Below are positions 10,456-20,889 of a DNA stretch of 64,000 bases, piece by piece. The position numbers and the translations under genes are program-made. Source of the stretch: an uncultured bacterium (GTDB lineage: Bacteria; Zhuqueibacterota; QNDG01; DTFT01); contig CAVTNR010000019.1 of NCBI GenBank assembly GCA_963736115.1, positions 36,461-100,460 of the forward strand, given 5' to 3'. The number at the start of each line of letters is the position of its first letter. The stretch's first letter is position 1. A model generated the notes under the pieces. The model saw nothing but the letters and a program-made list of their open reading frames with translations. It did not search any database and was not told the origin of the DNA.

Positions 10456-11246
10456 CCGCAGGGCCGGGACGTTTTCCTCGGAGCCGTGACGTTTTCGCCG
10501 TGGTGACGGCGACCTTTCTGCTTTACATCGGCTTTACGCTGGCATTCGGCGGATCGGAAAACAAGCCGATCATACTGCTGATGGAGTTTTCCCTGATCGT
10601 GCCGGCCCTCCTGTTCATCATCCTGGGGCGCTACCCGTTCCGCCCGGCGTTCCGGCTCTCTCCCGTGAAACCCGGCCTGCTCGCCGCTTCCGTGCCCCTC
10701 GGCCTGGGGCTGGGCATACTCGGGGACGAGCTCGACCGCATGGTGCAGTCCGTGGTCCCGATGCCCGAGCACATCCTTCGTGCGTTGAAGGAGTTCATGA
10801 CGGTCGACAGTTTCGCCGAGGCTGCGCTGGTTGTCGGAATGGCCGTGGTCGTCGCCGGCGTCGTGGAGGAGATGCTGTTCCGGGGATTCCTGCAGGCGTC
10901 GCTCGAGCGCAACGGCCCGCCGGGCAAGGCGATCGGCGTGACCGCGGCCGTGTTCGCCTTTCTGCATTTCAATCCCTGGTGGACTTTTCAGATTTTCGCG
11001 CTCGGTGTCGTGCTGGGCATTCTGGCCTGGCGCAGCCGGAGCATCTGGCCGGCTGTGGTGATCCACGCGCTCAACAACGCGGTTTCCATGCTCTTCATCA
11101 ATCTCGACGAATCCAGGCTCCAGTGGTATGTGTACCGCGATCATGTGTCGCCCGTCTGCTTCATCTCGGGGCTGGTTCTGACTTACGCCGGACTGCGCCT
11201 GTTTTTCCGGCTCACCGGGCCTGCCGCCGGAACGGCGTCTAATTGA
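10452..11246 (+). CDS. CPBP (CAAX/Abi) family intramembrane metalloprotease
   Basis: EEMLFRG, FAFLH and HALNN motifs in a multi-TM protein; ATGA overlap with hisS. Confidence 0.92.
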   Translation: MTAGPGRFPRSRDVFAVVTATFLLYIGFTLAFGGSENKPIILLMEFSLIVPALLFIILGRYPFRPAFRLSPVKPGLLAASVPLGLGLGILGDELDRMVQSVVPMPEHILRALKEFMTVDSFAEAALVVGMAVVVAGVVEEMLFRGFLQASLERNGPPGKAIGVTAAVFAFLHFNPWWTFQIFALGVVLGILAWRSRSIWPAVVIHALNNAVSMLFINLDESRLQWYVYRDHVSPVCFISGLVLTYAGLRLFFRLTGPAAGTASN

Positions 11247-11403
11247 AGCTCCCCGCCGCAAGCGGCGGGGAATCTTCTATCTGTAAAGAAAGGACATCTT
11301 ATATTCGCTCGCTTACCCCGGGGCCCGTTGCGCGGGATCTATCTATTATATTTACGAATTATCGAAGACAAGCCCCGGGGAATCCGCTCGCTGACAGATT
11401 CAT
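11243..11403. repeat. Structured ~160 bp intergenic element (MITE-like candidate)
   Basis: TTGAA...TTCAT ends, hairpin CCCCGCCGC-AA-GCGGCGGGG, and two CGCTCGCT direct repeats flanking a CCCCGGGGC/GCCCCGGGG stem. Confidence 0.45.
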
Positions 11404-11416
11404 GAAGGGGGGAATC

Positions 11417-13036
11417 ATGAAAGGGACATTGATTCGGATCTGGAGCGCGGCCGCGTTGTTTCTGGCGGGAGCCGCAATCGGCGGCCAGGCCGTTCTTGAA
11501 AATGCGGTACAGGAATCACGTGCGATGAGGGCCGAAGGCAGGTTCAAGGAGGCGGTTTTCGTTCTCCGGCAGGCCGTTGCGGCTCTGCCGGACAACGCGG
11601 ACGCCCATTACCGGCTGGCCGAATCCCTCGGAGAATTCTCGGGGAAACAGGCCGAAGCCGGTGATTTTTCCGGCGCCATGGCGAACGTCATCGAGGCATT
11701 CGCGGAGTTGGACCGCGCGACCACGCTGGATCCGGGTCACTTTGACGCTCACTTGTATTACGGCGTGTACGCGGTCAGTGTGCCTCCTCTGTTCGGAAAA
11801 CAGCAGGACGGTCTCATGCACCTGGAAACCGCGAAGTCGCTGGCCGAGCAGAATACCGGGAACCGGCCCGCGGCCCAGACGGCTGTGCTGTACCGCTTTC
11901 TCGGGCAGGCCTATCTGGCGGCCGGACGCTCGGAAGAGGCGCGGGTTGCCTGGGAAAGGACCCTGTCCCTCGAACCCGATGGCGAAAACGCGGCGGCCGC
12001 GAAAAAAGGACTGGCCGGCCTGAAAGCGACGCCGGCTTCAACCGGGAAAACCGCTCCAGTGGAGACCGTAGACACCGCGTCCCTGAAGGCCGGGGGAAAG
12101 GCGGCTGTTGCGGCGGGTCATTGGGCCGAAGCCGCCGATCTGCTGCGTCGGGCCGTTCTGCTGGACACGACGGACGTGGAATCCATCCTGCTGCTCGCCC
12201 GTGCGCTCGGGGTGGAGGCGGATCTCGGGTATGACAAGCGGATTTACGCGGACCAGAACTGGCGGACCAACCTGGCTTTCGAAGTCGCTCGCGTGCTGGA
12301 AACCGCGCACCGGCGCATTCCGGATGATCCGAACATACAGCTCACCTACGCGAGCGTGTGCGTCGGTATGCCGTTTTTCGTCGGTAAGATCGACGAGGGG
12401 CTGGCCATTCTCGAAAAACTGACGAAGAACCCGAACCTGCCCGATTCCCTGCAGGCCGAAGCCGCCTATCAGCTGGGTTTCGGATACCGGAAGAAGGGGA
12501 GGGGCGTGTGGGCCGGCCTTGCAAAAAACAGCCCGGATGCGCCCCAGGTCGCTTCCGTATACCGGGAATTCGGATTGCGGGAAAATAAAAAACCTGCGGC
12601 CGCGGGCGAGCGGGTCGAGGTTTCCTTCCATCTCGGTTTTCAGGACGAACTCGAACCCCAGACCGCGGTCTGGGTGGAGGATGCCTCGGGACGGCACATC
12701 CGGACACTGTACGTGTCCGGTTTCTCGGGATTCGCGAAGGAAAAGCAGGTGGTGCTCCCCGAATTCGCGGAACGCACCCGGTTTGAGGATACGGACGGGG
12801 TCACGGGCGCGAGCCTCGACTGGGGAAAGCATTCGGTTTCCTGGAATCTGCTCGACCGGCAGGGGAAACGCGTCCCGTCCGGCCGCTATGCCATCCGGAT
12901 CGAGGTGTCGTATTGGCCGAGCATGCGGTACGAGACGTCCGCGGCGGACATACAGGTGGGCGGCAAGCCCGCCGAGGCATCGGCGCAGAAGGAGCCGCTG
13001 ATTCCGTTCTATCACGTCCGGTATCTGAAAAAATAA
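11417..13036 (+). CDS. Secreted TPR protein with C-terminal DUF2271-like domain
   Basis: Signal peptide and duplicated TPR blocks (..VPPLFGK / ..MPFFVGK). C-terminal QTAVWVED..G.HIRTLYV..DGVTGAS..W...D.QGK.VP.G.Y. Confidence 0.75.
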   Translation: MKGTLIRIWSAAALFLAGAAIGGQAVLENAVQESRAMRAEGRFKEAVFVLRQAVAALPDNADAHYRLAESLGEFSGKQAEAGDFSGAMANVIEAFAELDRATTLDPGHFDAHLYYGVYAVSVPPLFGKQQDGLMHLETAKSLAEQNTGNRPAAQTAVLYRFLGQAYLAAGRSEEARVAWERTLSLEPDGENAAAAKKGLAGLKATPASTGKTAPVETVDTASLKAGGKAAVAAGHWAEAADLLRRAVLLDTTDVESILLLARALGVEADLGYDKRIYADQNWRTNLAFEVARVLETAHRRIPDDPNIQLTYASVCVGMPFFVGKIDEGLAILEKLTKNPNLPDSLQAEAAYQLGFGYRKKGRGVWAGLAKNSPDAPQVASVYREFGLRENKKPAAAGERVEVSFHLGFQDELEPQTAVWVEDASGRHIRTLYVSGFSGFAKEKQVVLPEFAERTRFEDTDGVTGASLDWGKHSVSWNLLDRQGKRVPSGRYAIRIEVSYWPSMRYETSAADIQVGGKPAEASAQKEPLIPFYHVRYLKK

Positions 13037-13193
13037 CAATGGAACACGGATCGCGCGGATTTGCGCGGATAAAGAGGTTGGAATAGGGTATTTCACTGAT
13101 TGGAATTGCCGGTGGGTCCGCATGAGGCGGTTCCCCTGACGGACTCCGTGTTCAGGGTCTAACAGACTCCCATCGTTCTTATGATATTTTTCA

Positions 13194-13243
13194 ACACGGA
13201 ACCCGGAACTCGGAACCCGGAACTTCCTGAACCATGAACCATG
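13194..13243. repeat. Heptamer tandem repeats (ACCCGGA-type x4, then GAACCAT x2) upstream of etfB
   Basis: ACACGGA ACCCGGA ACTCGGA ACCCGGA ... GAACCAT GAACCAT. Confidence 0.75.
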
Positions 13244-13256
13244 ATCTGAGGCATCC

Positions 13257-14048
13257 ATGAACCTGATCGTCTGCGTCAAGCAGGTCCCGGACACCACGGA
13301 CGTTAAAATCGACCCCGAGACCAACACGCTCGTGCGCCAGGGCGTGGCTGCCGTTCTCAATCCCTTTGACGCGTATGCGGTCGAAGAGGCGGTGCGCATC
13401 CGTGAAAAACACGGTGGAAAGGTGACGGCGCTCACCATGGGGCCTCCCCAGGCCGTCCAGGTCCTCCGCGACGCGATCGCGGTGGGCGCGGACGAGGGCA
13501 TTCTGCTGTCCGACCGCGCTTTCGCGGGAGCCGACACGCTCGCCACTTCGAACACCCTGGCCCAGGCCATACGTAAAATCGGCGCCTTCGACCTGATCCT
13601 GTGCGGCAAGCAGGCCGTGGACGGGGACACCGCGCAGGTGGGGCCGGGCATCGCGGCTCTGCTCGACATCCCCCAGATCATTTTCGTGCGCGCGATACGC
13701 GAGCTGACGGCGGATAAAATCGTCGCTGAGCGGATGACCGAAGACGGCTTCGACGTGGTGGAGTCGTCCCTGCCCTGCCTGATTTCCGTGGTCAAGGGCA
13801 TCAATGAACCCCGCCTGCCCTCCCTGCGGGGCGTCATGACCTCCAAGAAAGCCGTCATCCCCACCTGGACCGTTCAGGACACGGGTGCGGATCCGGAACG
13901 CATCGGGCTCAAGGGTTCGCCGACTTACGTCCATAAAATATTCACGCCCCCGGCCCGGCCCGGCGGTCGCAGATTCGAGGGTGAAACCGCCCAGGTCGTC
14001 GAGGCTTTCGTGAAGGCGGCGGTCGAGGACCAGCTGTTCGCGCCCTGA
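13257..14048 (+). CDS. etfB: Electron transfer flavoprotein beta subunit
   Basis: VCVKQVPD, NPFD, DRAFAGADTLATS, GKQAVDGDTAQVGP and GLKGSPT motifs. Confidence 0.96.
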   Translation: MNLIVCVKQVPDTTDVKIDPETNTLVRQGVAAVLNPFDAYAVEEAVRIREKHGGKVTALTMGPPQAVQVLRDAIAVGADEGILLSDRAFAGADTLATSNTLAQAIRKIGAFDLILCGKQAVDGDTAQVGPGIAALLDIPQIIFVRAIRELTADKIVAERMTEDGFDVVESSLPCLISVVKGINEPRLPSLRGVMTSKKAVIPTWTVQDTGADPERIGLKGSPTYVHKIFTPPARPGGRRFEGETAQVVEAFVKAAVEDQLFAP

Positions 14049-14082
14049 GGCGCGCCGGCCGGATCCCCAAGGAGTTGAGACC

Positions 14083-14568
14083 TTGCGCCGAAAGGACAGG
14101 GAAATCACCGATCCCGCGGAATGGCGGGAGGTCCTGGACAAGGCGGATTCGTGCCGGATCGGTTTCGCGGTCGGGGACGAGTCCTATGTTGTGGCCATGA
14201 ATTTCGGGTACCGGTGGACGGATGAACGGCTGTTGCTGTATTTTCACTGTGCCCGCGAGGGCAGAAAGCTCGAATTCCTGTCAAAGAATGACCGCGTCAG
14301 CTTTCAGCTGGATACGGACCGGAAAATCGTAGCCGGGGAGGAGGCCTGCCGGTGGAGCATGGAATACCGGAGCCTGGCCGGGACGGGGCGGCTAATCCGG
14401 GTTTCGGAACCCGGGGAGAGAATCGAAGGGCTGAACCGCATTCTCGCGCATTACGGCGGTGCGGGGCAGGCCGAATACGAAGCAGGCGCGCTCGAGGCCG
14501 TTCTGATTCTGCGCCTCGACGTGGAAACCTTGAGCGGAAAAAGGCAACCGGGTCGTCTCACGGCGTGA
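14083..14568 (+). CDS. Pyridoxamine 5'-phosphate oxidase-like / NimA-family flavin-binding protein
   Basis: MRRKDREI, YVVAMNFGY, YFHCAREGRKL and WSMEYRS motifs; TTG start after AAGGAG. Confidence 0.9.
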   Translation: MRRKDREITDPAEWREVLDKADSCRIGFAVGDESYVVAMNFGYRWTDERLLLYFHCAREGRKLEFLSKNDRVSFQLDTDRKIVAGEEACRWSMEYRSLAGTGRLIRVSEPGERIEGLNRILAHYGGAGQAEYEAGALEAVLILRLDVETLSGKRQPGRLTA

Positions 14569-14616
14569 CGCAGCCGTCCGCGTACCCGACACCCATTGAT
14601 TCGAGGAGAAGCATCC

Positions 14617-15819
14617 GTGGCCCCCATTCAGGTTATCGGAGACAAGTGCATCGGTTGTAAAAAATGCGTGAAAGCCTGTCCGTTCGGCGCCATTGAGATG
14701 CAGGGCAGGCTGGCGGTGATCGATCTTTCCAAATGCACCCTGTGCGGCGCGTGCGTGGAACCCTGCCCGGTCGAGGCCATCGTCCTGGACCGCGGCGGCC
14801 GGTCGGCCGGTGCCGCGGACGGCAGCCGCGGCGTCTGGGTATTCGCGGAACAGCGCGGCGGCGAGATTCAGTCCGTGGTGTTCGAGCTCCTGGGCGCGGG
14901 CCGCATGCTGGCAACCGCCCGCGGATGCGAGCTCGCGGCCGTGCTGATCGGTTCCGGGGTGGAGGAGAAGGCCGGCGTCCTGTTCCGGCGCGGCGCGGAC
15001 AAGGTCTATTTGGCGGACCATCCCGGACTCCGCGACTACCGGGACGAGCCGTACGCCCGTCTCCTGACGCGGATGATCCGGGAATACAAGCCGGAAATCG
15101 TGCTCACCGGCGCTACTTCGATCGGCCGATCGCTCATCCCGCGGACAGCCGTCCAGGTCCCGACCGGACTTACGGCCGACTGCACGGGTCTGGAAATCGA
15201 TCCATCCACCGGACTCCTCCTGCAGACGCGCCCCGCATTCGGCGGTAATATCATGGCCACCATTAAATGCGAGCATCACCGCCCCCAGATGGCCACGGTG
15301 CGGCACAAAGTGATGGAGGAGGCGCCGGAAGATCCGAGCCGGCCGGCCGGCTCGCTGGTCCGGGTACCCGTCACGGACGCGGATCTCGCGTCCCGGACGA
15401 CCGTGCTGGAAACCGTCAAGGAACTCGAGGAAACGGTGAACATCGTCGAGGCGGATGTCATCGTGGCCGGGGGCCGGGGCGTGAAAGGTCCCGAGCACTT
15501 CGCCATGCTCGGCGAACTGGCCAAAACGCTGGGCGGCGCGGTGGGCGCGTCCCGCGCGGCCGTGGACGCCGGATGGGTTCCCTACTCGCATCAGGTCGGA
15601 CAGACGGGCAAGACGGTGAAGCCCAAGATCTATTTCGCCTGCGGCATTTCAGGCGCCATCCAGCACCTGGTCGGCATGTCGTCCTCGGACATCATTGTCG
15701 CCATCAACAAGAATCCGGACGCGCCTATTTTCAACGTGGCGACGTATGGACTGGTCGGCGACCTGTTCGAAATCGTTCCGGAACTGACCCGGCGGTTCAA
15801 GGAAACGATCCGCCGCTGA
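14617..15819 (+). CDS. etfA: Electron transfer flavoprotein alpha subunit with N-terminal 2[4Fe-4S] ferredoxin
   Basis: Two CxxCxxCxxxCP motifs, [23 protein letters not shown] and GISGAIQH. Confidence 0.96.
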   Translation: MAPIQVIGDKCIGCKKCVKACPFGAIEMQGRLAVIDLSKCTLCGACVEPCPVEAIVLDRGGRSAGAADGSRGVWVFAEQRGGEIQSVVFELLGAGRMLATARGCELAAVLIGSGVEEKAGVLFRRGADKVYLADHPGLRDYRDEPYARLLTRMIREYKPEIVLTGATSIGRSLIPRTAVQVPTGLTADCTGLEIDPSTGLLLQTRPAFGGNIMATIKCEHHRPQMATVRHKVMEEAPEDPSRPAGSLVRVPVTDADLASRTTVLETVKELEETVNIVEADVIVAGGRGVKGPEHFAMLGELAKTLGGAVGASRAAVDAGWVPYSHQVGQTGKTVKPKIYFACGISGAIQHLVGMSSSDIIVAINKNPDAPIFNVATYGLVGDLFEIVPELTRRFKETIRR

Positions 15820-15862
15820 GCCATCCGGATGCCGGAACCGCGTCGGATCCCGGAGGAATATA

Positions 15863-16954
15863 ATGAAGATGCGGACGGCCGCCCTGCGCCGACCGATTCT
15901 GCCTCCCGCCGTTGCGGTACTGCTTCTTCTGCTGACCCGCTGCGGCTCGGACCGATCTCCGTCAGCTCCGTCCGGAATCCGGACCGTTCCGCTGAACAGC
16001 GGTCCGCCCGCCGTGACCGTCTGCCGATGGCCGATGGACAAAGCCGCGGCCTATACGATCGGATTCGACGATTTCCGCGCCAGCCATTTCGATGTGGCCC
16101 GGCCCGAGCTGAACCGGGTCGGAATCCGCGGCACCTTCTACATTCAAACGCACTCGGTGACCCGGTGGAACAGCCTCAGGCGGTTGGCCGAAGAGGGCCA
16201 CGAGGTCGCGTCCCACACATGGTCCCACGCGCGCTGCACCCGGATCGGGGAAAACGAATTGCGGCGGGAAATCGAGCGCGCGATCGAGGACATCCGCAAC
16301 CACCTGCCCGCCGTACAAAAGGTCCCCAGTTTTTCCTATCCCTTCGGACTTCTGGATGAATCCGGCAAGGCCGTAGTATCCCGCTACCATCTCTGCGCAC
16401 GATCCGGGATTGAGGGCATCGAAACGGGAGACGCGGAACACACGGATTTCCAGGCGCTGAAAGCCGTCGGCGTTTATCCTCCCTATGCGATCGACCGGTT
16501 GAACGCTTTCGTGATGGAAGCAATCGGATCCAGCGGATGGATCATCGTCTATTTCCATTCCGTATCGGACCGGAACCGGAGCGGTCCGACGACCATTCCC
16601 CTCGATTTGTTCAGGCAGCACCTGTCTTTCGTCCGCGGCCGCGGGGAAGATTTATGGATCGCAACACTAGGACAGGCGGCCAGCTATATCCTCATGAGAC
16701 AGACGGCTTTTGTGTCCGCATTGGTGAAGAACGGGGACCGCATCGAGGTGCGCCTGGAAGGGAAAGTGCCGAAACTCGGCCTCCCGATTCCGCTCTGCGT
16801 CGCTATAAACAGGCCTCCTGAATGGATCGGCCGAGAGATCATCGCGGAAATGGACGGCAGTGGCCGCAGGATTCAGGTTCACGAACCGGACCCGTCCCGT
16901 CTCCTGCTCGACATGCCGGTTCCATCGACCTGCAGGTTATATGCGGTGCAATGA
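15863..16954 (+). CDS. Polysaccharide deacetylase (CE4/NodB-like) lipoprotein
   Basis: Hydrophobic leader ending in Cys, [19 protein letters not shown] and GWIIVYFH. Confidence 0.85.
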   Translation: MKMRTAALRRPILPPAVAVLLLLLTRCGSDRSPSAPSGIRTVPLNSGPPAVTVCRWPMDKAAAYTIGFDDFRASHFDVARPELNRVGIRGTFYIQTHSVTRWNSLRRLAEEGHEVASHTWSHARCTRIGENELRREIERAIEDIRNHLPAVQKVPSFSYPFGLLDESGKAVVSRYHLCARSGIEGIETGDAEHTDFQALKAVGVYPPYAIDRLNAFVMEAIGSSGWIIVYFHSVSDRNRSGPTTIPLDLFRQHLSFVRGRGEDLWIATLGQAASYILMRQTAFVSALVKNGDRIEVRLEGKVPKLGLPIPLCVAINRPPEWIGREIIAEMDGSGRRIQVHEPDPSRLLLDMPVPSTCRLYAVQ

Positions 16955-17345
16955 TGCGGACCCGATTGGATGGCGGGTGCCGCTGAATCCGAGCGTGATA
17001 CGGACCGGACCTGCGGGACGGCCGGTGGGGGAGGTCAGGCGGATCGAGCCGATTAAGGACAAATCAATAATATGGAAAATTTTACCTACAAAAATGTCAT
17101 TGTCGCAAGAGGAAAGATTTTTTTGTAGAGATTATATATCGGTTATATGATATGTCAACAAAATAATTTTATTTTTACAAGCCCTTTTGACTTGACATTC
17201 GGCTTTCATTTCGCTTAATTACGCTCCGATCCGTCAGCCTTTACGGTAGGGCGACTCTGTAAATCTCCCTACCGTTTTCCTTTTTATGGAATTAGGCACA
17301 ATTATCACGAATTCGATCCTAAGCTCAGTCATAATAAATAGTTAT

Positions 17346-17380
17346 TAAAAAAGGACGGGAATACAACCCCGTCCTTTTTT
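17346..17380. terminator. Bidirectional intrinsic terminator
   Basis: AAAAAAGGACGGG-loop-CCCGTCCTTTTTT between convergent genes. Confidence 0.85.
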
Positions 17381-17419
17381 AATAAAACTGAAGAGTTTGT
17401 GACGTCGATCCGAGCCTGA

Positions 17420-20400
17420 TCAGGCCCCCGCCTTCATAAACACATCCAATCTTCTGATACCGCCTGTCCTTTCGAAAACAGCCTCGCTCCATTTGCGCTC
17501 CAGAACCAGGCCGGGTGTCTCGATTTCCCGTTCGTCCCTCATCTTCATCCGGATTTTTTCCAGGCGCGACCGGTGCAGAACCACAGGCACCTGGCAGAAC
17601 GTGTAAGCCAGAGTCCCGGCTTCCAATGCGATCTGCTCTGTTCCGCCGTCCGCTCCGATGCATTCGAAAATTTCCGGCTTTTTCAGGAATTCCGCGAAGT
17701 CCAGCAGTTCCGCGCCGAATGAAAGCTTTCCGTCCGCGATCCGAATCCCGAGTTCCGCGAGACGGATGAGAATGTCCTCCTTCACCTGGCCGGTCATGCC
17801 GGGCTGCTGCACGCCCGCGAATCCCGGCGTATGGGAATAGGGGTCCGTGGGAAATGCGCCGTACCGGTCGGGCTGCTTGTGCACGCCGATGCCTTCCCGT
17901 ATTTCGCGTGTGCGCTTCTTCAGCCGCCGGATGACGGCCGGGTCCGCGCCGGAACGCAGGGCTTCGAGAACCGCCTCCTGGCCGGCCAGGCAGAGCTTGG
18001 ACACCATGTGCCAGTAAATGCAGCCGAGTCCCTCGTACTTGTAGAATGTTCCCGAACGGCCGGTGAATGACTTGTGGTCGAACATCCGCTCATACAGACC
18101 GAGCAGGAACGGCGCTTCCTTCTGCGCCGCTTCCCGCCATTCCGGGTCTTCCAGGTTTTGAAGAGCCTTCAGAAGGTGTCCGGCGTTCCGGAAATCGGCG
18201 TTGAAGTGCAGAACGCCACTGGAGTCGGCCGTCACGATGCGGCGGTCGTTTTCAGCCGCGCATTTCCGGAGGAAGACCGATTCCCGCACTGCTTCGGCCG
18301 GGATGATGTTCTTTTCCGTGAAACGGGGGAGCCTGCGGTCCGGATACAGGAGGTAGCTGTTCTGGTCCTTGCGGTGGAGGCGGCTCGACCGGAGCGCATC
18401 CAGCACATCCGCGCATTCCTCCGCTTTGAGCAGGCCGGAGCTGAGGACCGCGACCTGGCCCTCCAGCATTTCGTACAGCCTGCGGATGGAGATCCCGCCG
18501 TCCGGCTCCACGGTCATCAGGTTATAGGCGTGGTAAAGTCCGTCCGGCCTCCGGTTGGCCCGAAGGGTGCTGTCCGCGGCCCGGAGCGCGAGGCCGCAGA
18601 AAGCGGAAAGGTCCGCGAGGCTTGTCTCCCGTTTTTCCCCGGACAGGCCTTCCGCATACAGCTTCGAACGGAATTTGCCTGCCGCTTCTCCGAACCGGTC
18701 CAGCGCTTTCCGTCTCCGGACGTCCGTCATCGGTTCATCCGGTCCGGACACGAGCGATTCGAGCGCGGACCGCGTCGCGTCGAGCCAGTCCGAGACCTCG
18801 GCCGCGAGCGGAACCGGGTCCGGGCCGGAACGGTCGAGCAGGTCCCGGAAAAAGGACAGGTACCGCCGCATGTGGCACAGGGTGACCACGGATACGCCCG
18901 ATCCGACCAGGGCGTTGTTGGCGTCATTCCATTCAGGCCTCTGGGTGTTCATCCAGATGCCGGCTTCGGGCATGAAATTCGCGAGCTTGGCGAGAAGGGG
19001 AACCAGCATTTTTTCCGCCAGGCCGGCCCGCACCCGGACGCCGTCCGGCCGTGTGAGGAATTTCCCGTCCTCTCCGATCCCGCGAACACGCTCCCGGACC
19101 CGGCCGTCCTGTTCCGCGTCGAAGCGGATGGTGTCGGCTGGATCGCGGATCAGGTCCGCGTAGGGCCGGATCCGGTAGGGCACGTCCGCATACGTGAAGA
19201 AATCACGCCGGAACAGGCCGGACAGCATGCCCGGATGATACCGGTCCGACCATTCCAGCAGGCGGAGCAGGTAGACGATCTGGTGATCGCCCCAGTACCC
19301 GATGTAGGACCAGGGATCGGCCGGATCGAGAACCTCCCAGTCGAATCCGTCGCGGGTCACGCGGTAGGGATTGTACCCGTCGGCAGTCGAGGCGTCGACG
19401 AATTTGGCGATCATGCTCTCGATGAACCCCGGGAAGCTCTGGGCCAGCGCTTCCCAGTTCTGGAACAGGTCGCGCCAGTTGCCCTGATAGTTCAGGACCT
19501 TGCGGCCGAACCTGTCCTTGATGCCGATGGAAAACAGATTCCAGGGCCTGCTGGGATCGCCGTGCCTGCGGCTGAAGGTGAGCGGAAGATACTCGAAAGC
19601 CAGGCGTTCGAGATCGGGATCCCCTGCGGACGCGGCACGGGAGAGGAGCTCCCCGTGCGGGAGCGTGACGGGAAGCGAACGGAGCCATTCCGCCTGTGTC
19701 CGGGCCAGCGGCCGGTTCGCTTTTTCGACAAAGTCGCGGAAGTCGGATGCGGTGATGGCGGTTCCGTTGTCCGGGATGCCGCCGCGCATGACATTGAACA
19801 GCACGTTTGAAAAGTGCCTGGACGCGCTGAGCCGGTCTGCCGTGGCCTGCCGGCCGTCCGCGGCCGCCACTACGGCCTCGATGCCGGCCGTGCCGGCGGC
19901 GATATCCTCCAGAATGAGCTCCTGCAGGTCCCCGGGACGATGGAGTGTCCCGGACAGGTCCGCCACGGCGGCCGAGTCCAGGCCGACGTCGGCCGCGAAA
20001 AACCATTCCCGGCCCGTGGACGGCTTGAGCAGGAAGCCGGTCGCGGCGAAATAAGCGCCCCGAACGCCGCGCATGTCTTTTTCCGGACGCAGCGGTCGGC
20101 CGCTCCTGAAGGCTTCCAGTTGCAGGGATGAAAGGATGTGTGTCGGCCGGACCAGGCCCGCGCACCAGACCGCTGTCGCGCGAAGGGATTCGCTCGGTTC
20201 GGCTTTGTCCGTGGGCACCGAACTCAGGGTGAACAGCCCGAGCCCCGTGTCCTCCAGCAGTTCGTTCTTCTTGTATCCGTCGGCAAGCGTGCTGTATTCG
20301 AGCTGAAACCGCCGCTGGATGCCGTCCGGCAGCAGGTTCTGCATCCCGTCCATAATTTCGACGCGGGCTTCGCGGCGGCCGATATTGACCAGGAACGAGT

Positions 20401-20875
20401 GCTTGATAAATCCGAACCGTTCGCCCGTCATCCAGGCGGTGCGGAAAACGAGCCCGAGATCACGGTTGACTTCCTCGAACATCAGCTTGTTGCCGGTGGC
20501 GTTCTTGTACAGATTCCGCTCCGTCCGGAATGCGGCAGCATCCCGAGCGGAAAAGGGCTCCCACACCCGGATCCGGGAACCGGACTTCAGACGGACGATG
20601 GTTTTGGAACCGGTTATTTCCGCGGAATCGTGGATCTTATCGTCGGTCACGTAGGGGAAGAGAGCGTGGTCCGGGTCCCGGCGGCCCGCGGTCAACCCGC
20701 CGTTGCTCGAAATGAACATCCAGTGGTCGGACCCGCTGACCAGACTCACGAGAAAAGGCGGCATGCGGTCGACGTTCGAAATCCGGTACCAGGATTCACC
20801 GTCGATCGTGACGAAACCGCCGGTCACGGCTTCGGCTTTTTTTGTGCTTTTTGAGGCGTTTCGGACAGACCGCAT
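17420..20875 (-). CDS. Probable GH149 beta-1,3-glucan phosphorylase
   Basis: About 1150 aa with no signal peptide. Motifs FSRRHGDPSRPWN, YQGNWRD.FQNWEAL, GYWGDHQ, NTQRPEWNDANNALVG and GAFPTDPYSHTP are recognised as GH149-like; neighbours GH17. Confidence 0.78.
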   Translation of the reverse strand: MRSVRNASKSTKKAEAVTGGFVTIDGESWYRISNVDRMPPFLVSLVSGSDHWMFISSNGGLTAGRRDPDHALFPYVTDDKIHDSAEITGSKTIVRLKSGSRIRVWEPFSARDAAAFRTERNLYKNATGNKLMFEEVNRDLGLVFRTAWMTGERFGFIKHSFLVNIGRREARVEIMDGMQNLLPDGIQRRFQLEYSTLADGYKKNELLEDTGLGLFTLSSVPTDKAEPSESLRATAVWCAGLVRPTHILSSLQLEAFRSGRPLRPEKDMRGVRGAYFAATGFLLKPSTGREWFFAADVGLDSAAVADLSGTLHRPGDLQELILEDIAAGTAGIEAVVAAADGRQATADRLSASRHFSNVLFNVMRGGIPDNGTAITASDFRDFVEKANRPLARTQAEWLRSLPVTLPHGELLSRAASAGDPDLERLAFEYLPLTFSRRHGDPSRPWNLFSIGIKDRFGRKVLNYQGNWRDLFQNWEALAQSFPGFIESMIAKFVDASTADGYNPYRVTRDGFDWEVLDPADPWSYIGYWGDHQIVYLLRLLEWSDRYHPGMLSGLFRRDFFTYADVPYRIRPYADLIRDPADTIRFDAEQDGRVRERVRGIGEDGKFLTRPDGVRVRAGLAEKMLVPLLAKLANFMPEAGIWMNTQRPEWNDANNALVGSGVSVVTLCHMRRYLSFFRDLLDRSGPDPVPLAAEVSDWLDATRSALESLVSGPDEPMTDVRRRKALDRFGEAAGKFRSKLYAEGLSGEKRETSLADLSAFCGLALRAADSTLRANRRPDGLYHAYNLMTVEPDGGISIRRLYEMLEGQVAVLSSGLLKAEECADVLDALRSSRLHRKDQNSYLLYPDRRLPRFTEKNIIPAEAVRESVFLRKCAAENDRRIVTADSSGVLHFNADFRNAGHLLKALQNLEDPEWREAAQKEAPFLLGLYERMFDHKSFTGRSGTFYKYEGLGCIYWHMVSKLCLAGQEAVLEALRSGADPAVIRRLKKRTREIREGIGVHKQPDRYGAFPTDPYSHTPGFAGVQQPGMTGQVKEDILIRLAELGIRIADGKLSFGAELLDFAEFLKKPEIFECIGADGGTEQIALEAGTLAYTFCQVPVVLHRSRLEKIRMKMRDEREIETPGLVLERKWSEAVFERTGGIRRLDVFMKAGA

Positions 20876-20889
20876 TAGTATTCCCTCAT

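Noticed and set aside
17294-17309. Sigma54 promoter (AGGCAC-AATTA-TCAC)
   Set aside because: Lacks the essential -12 GC.
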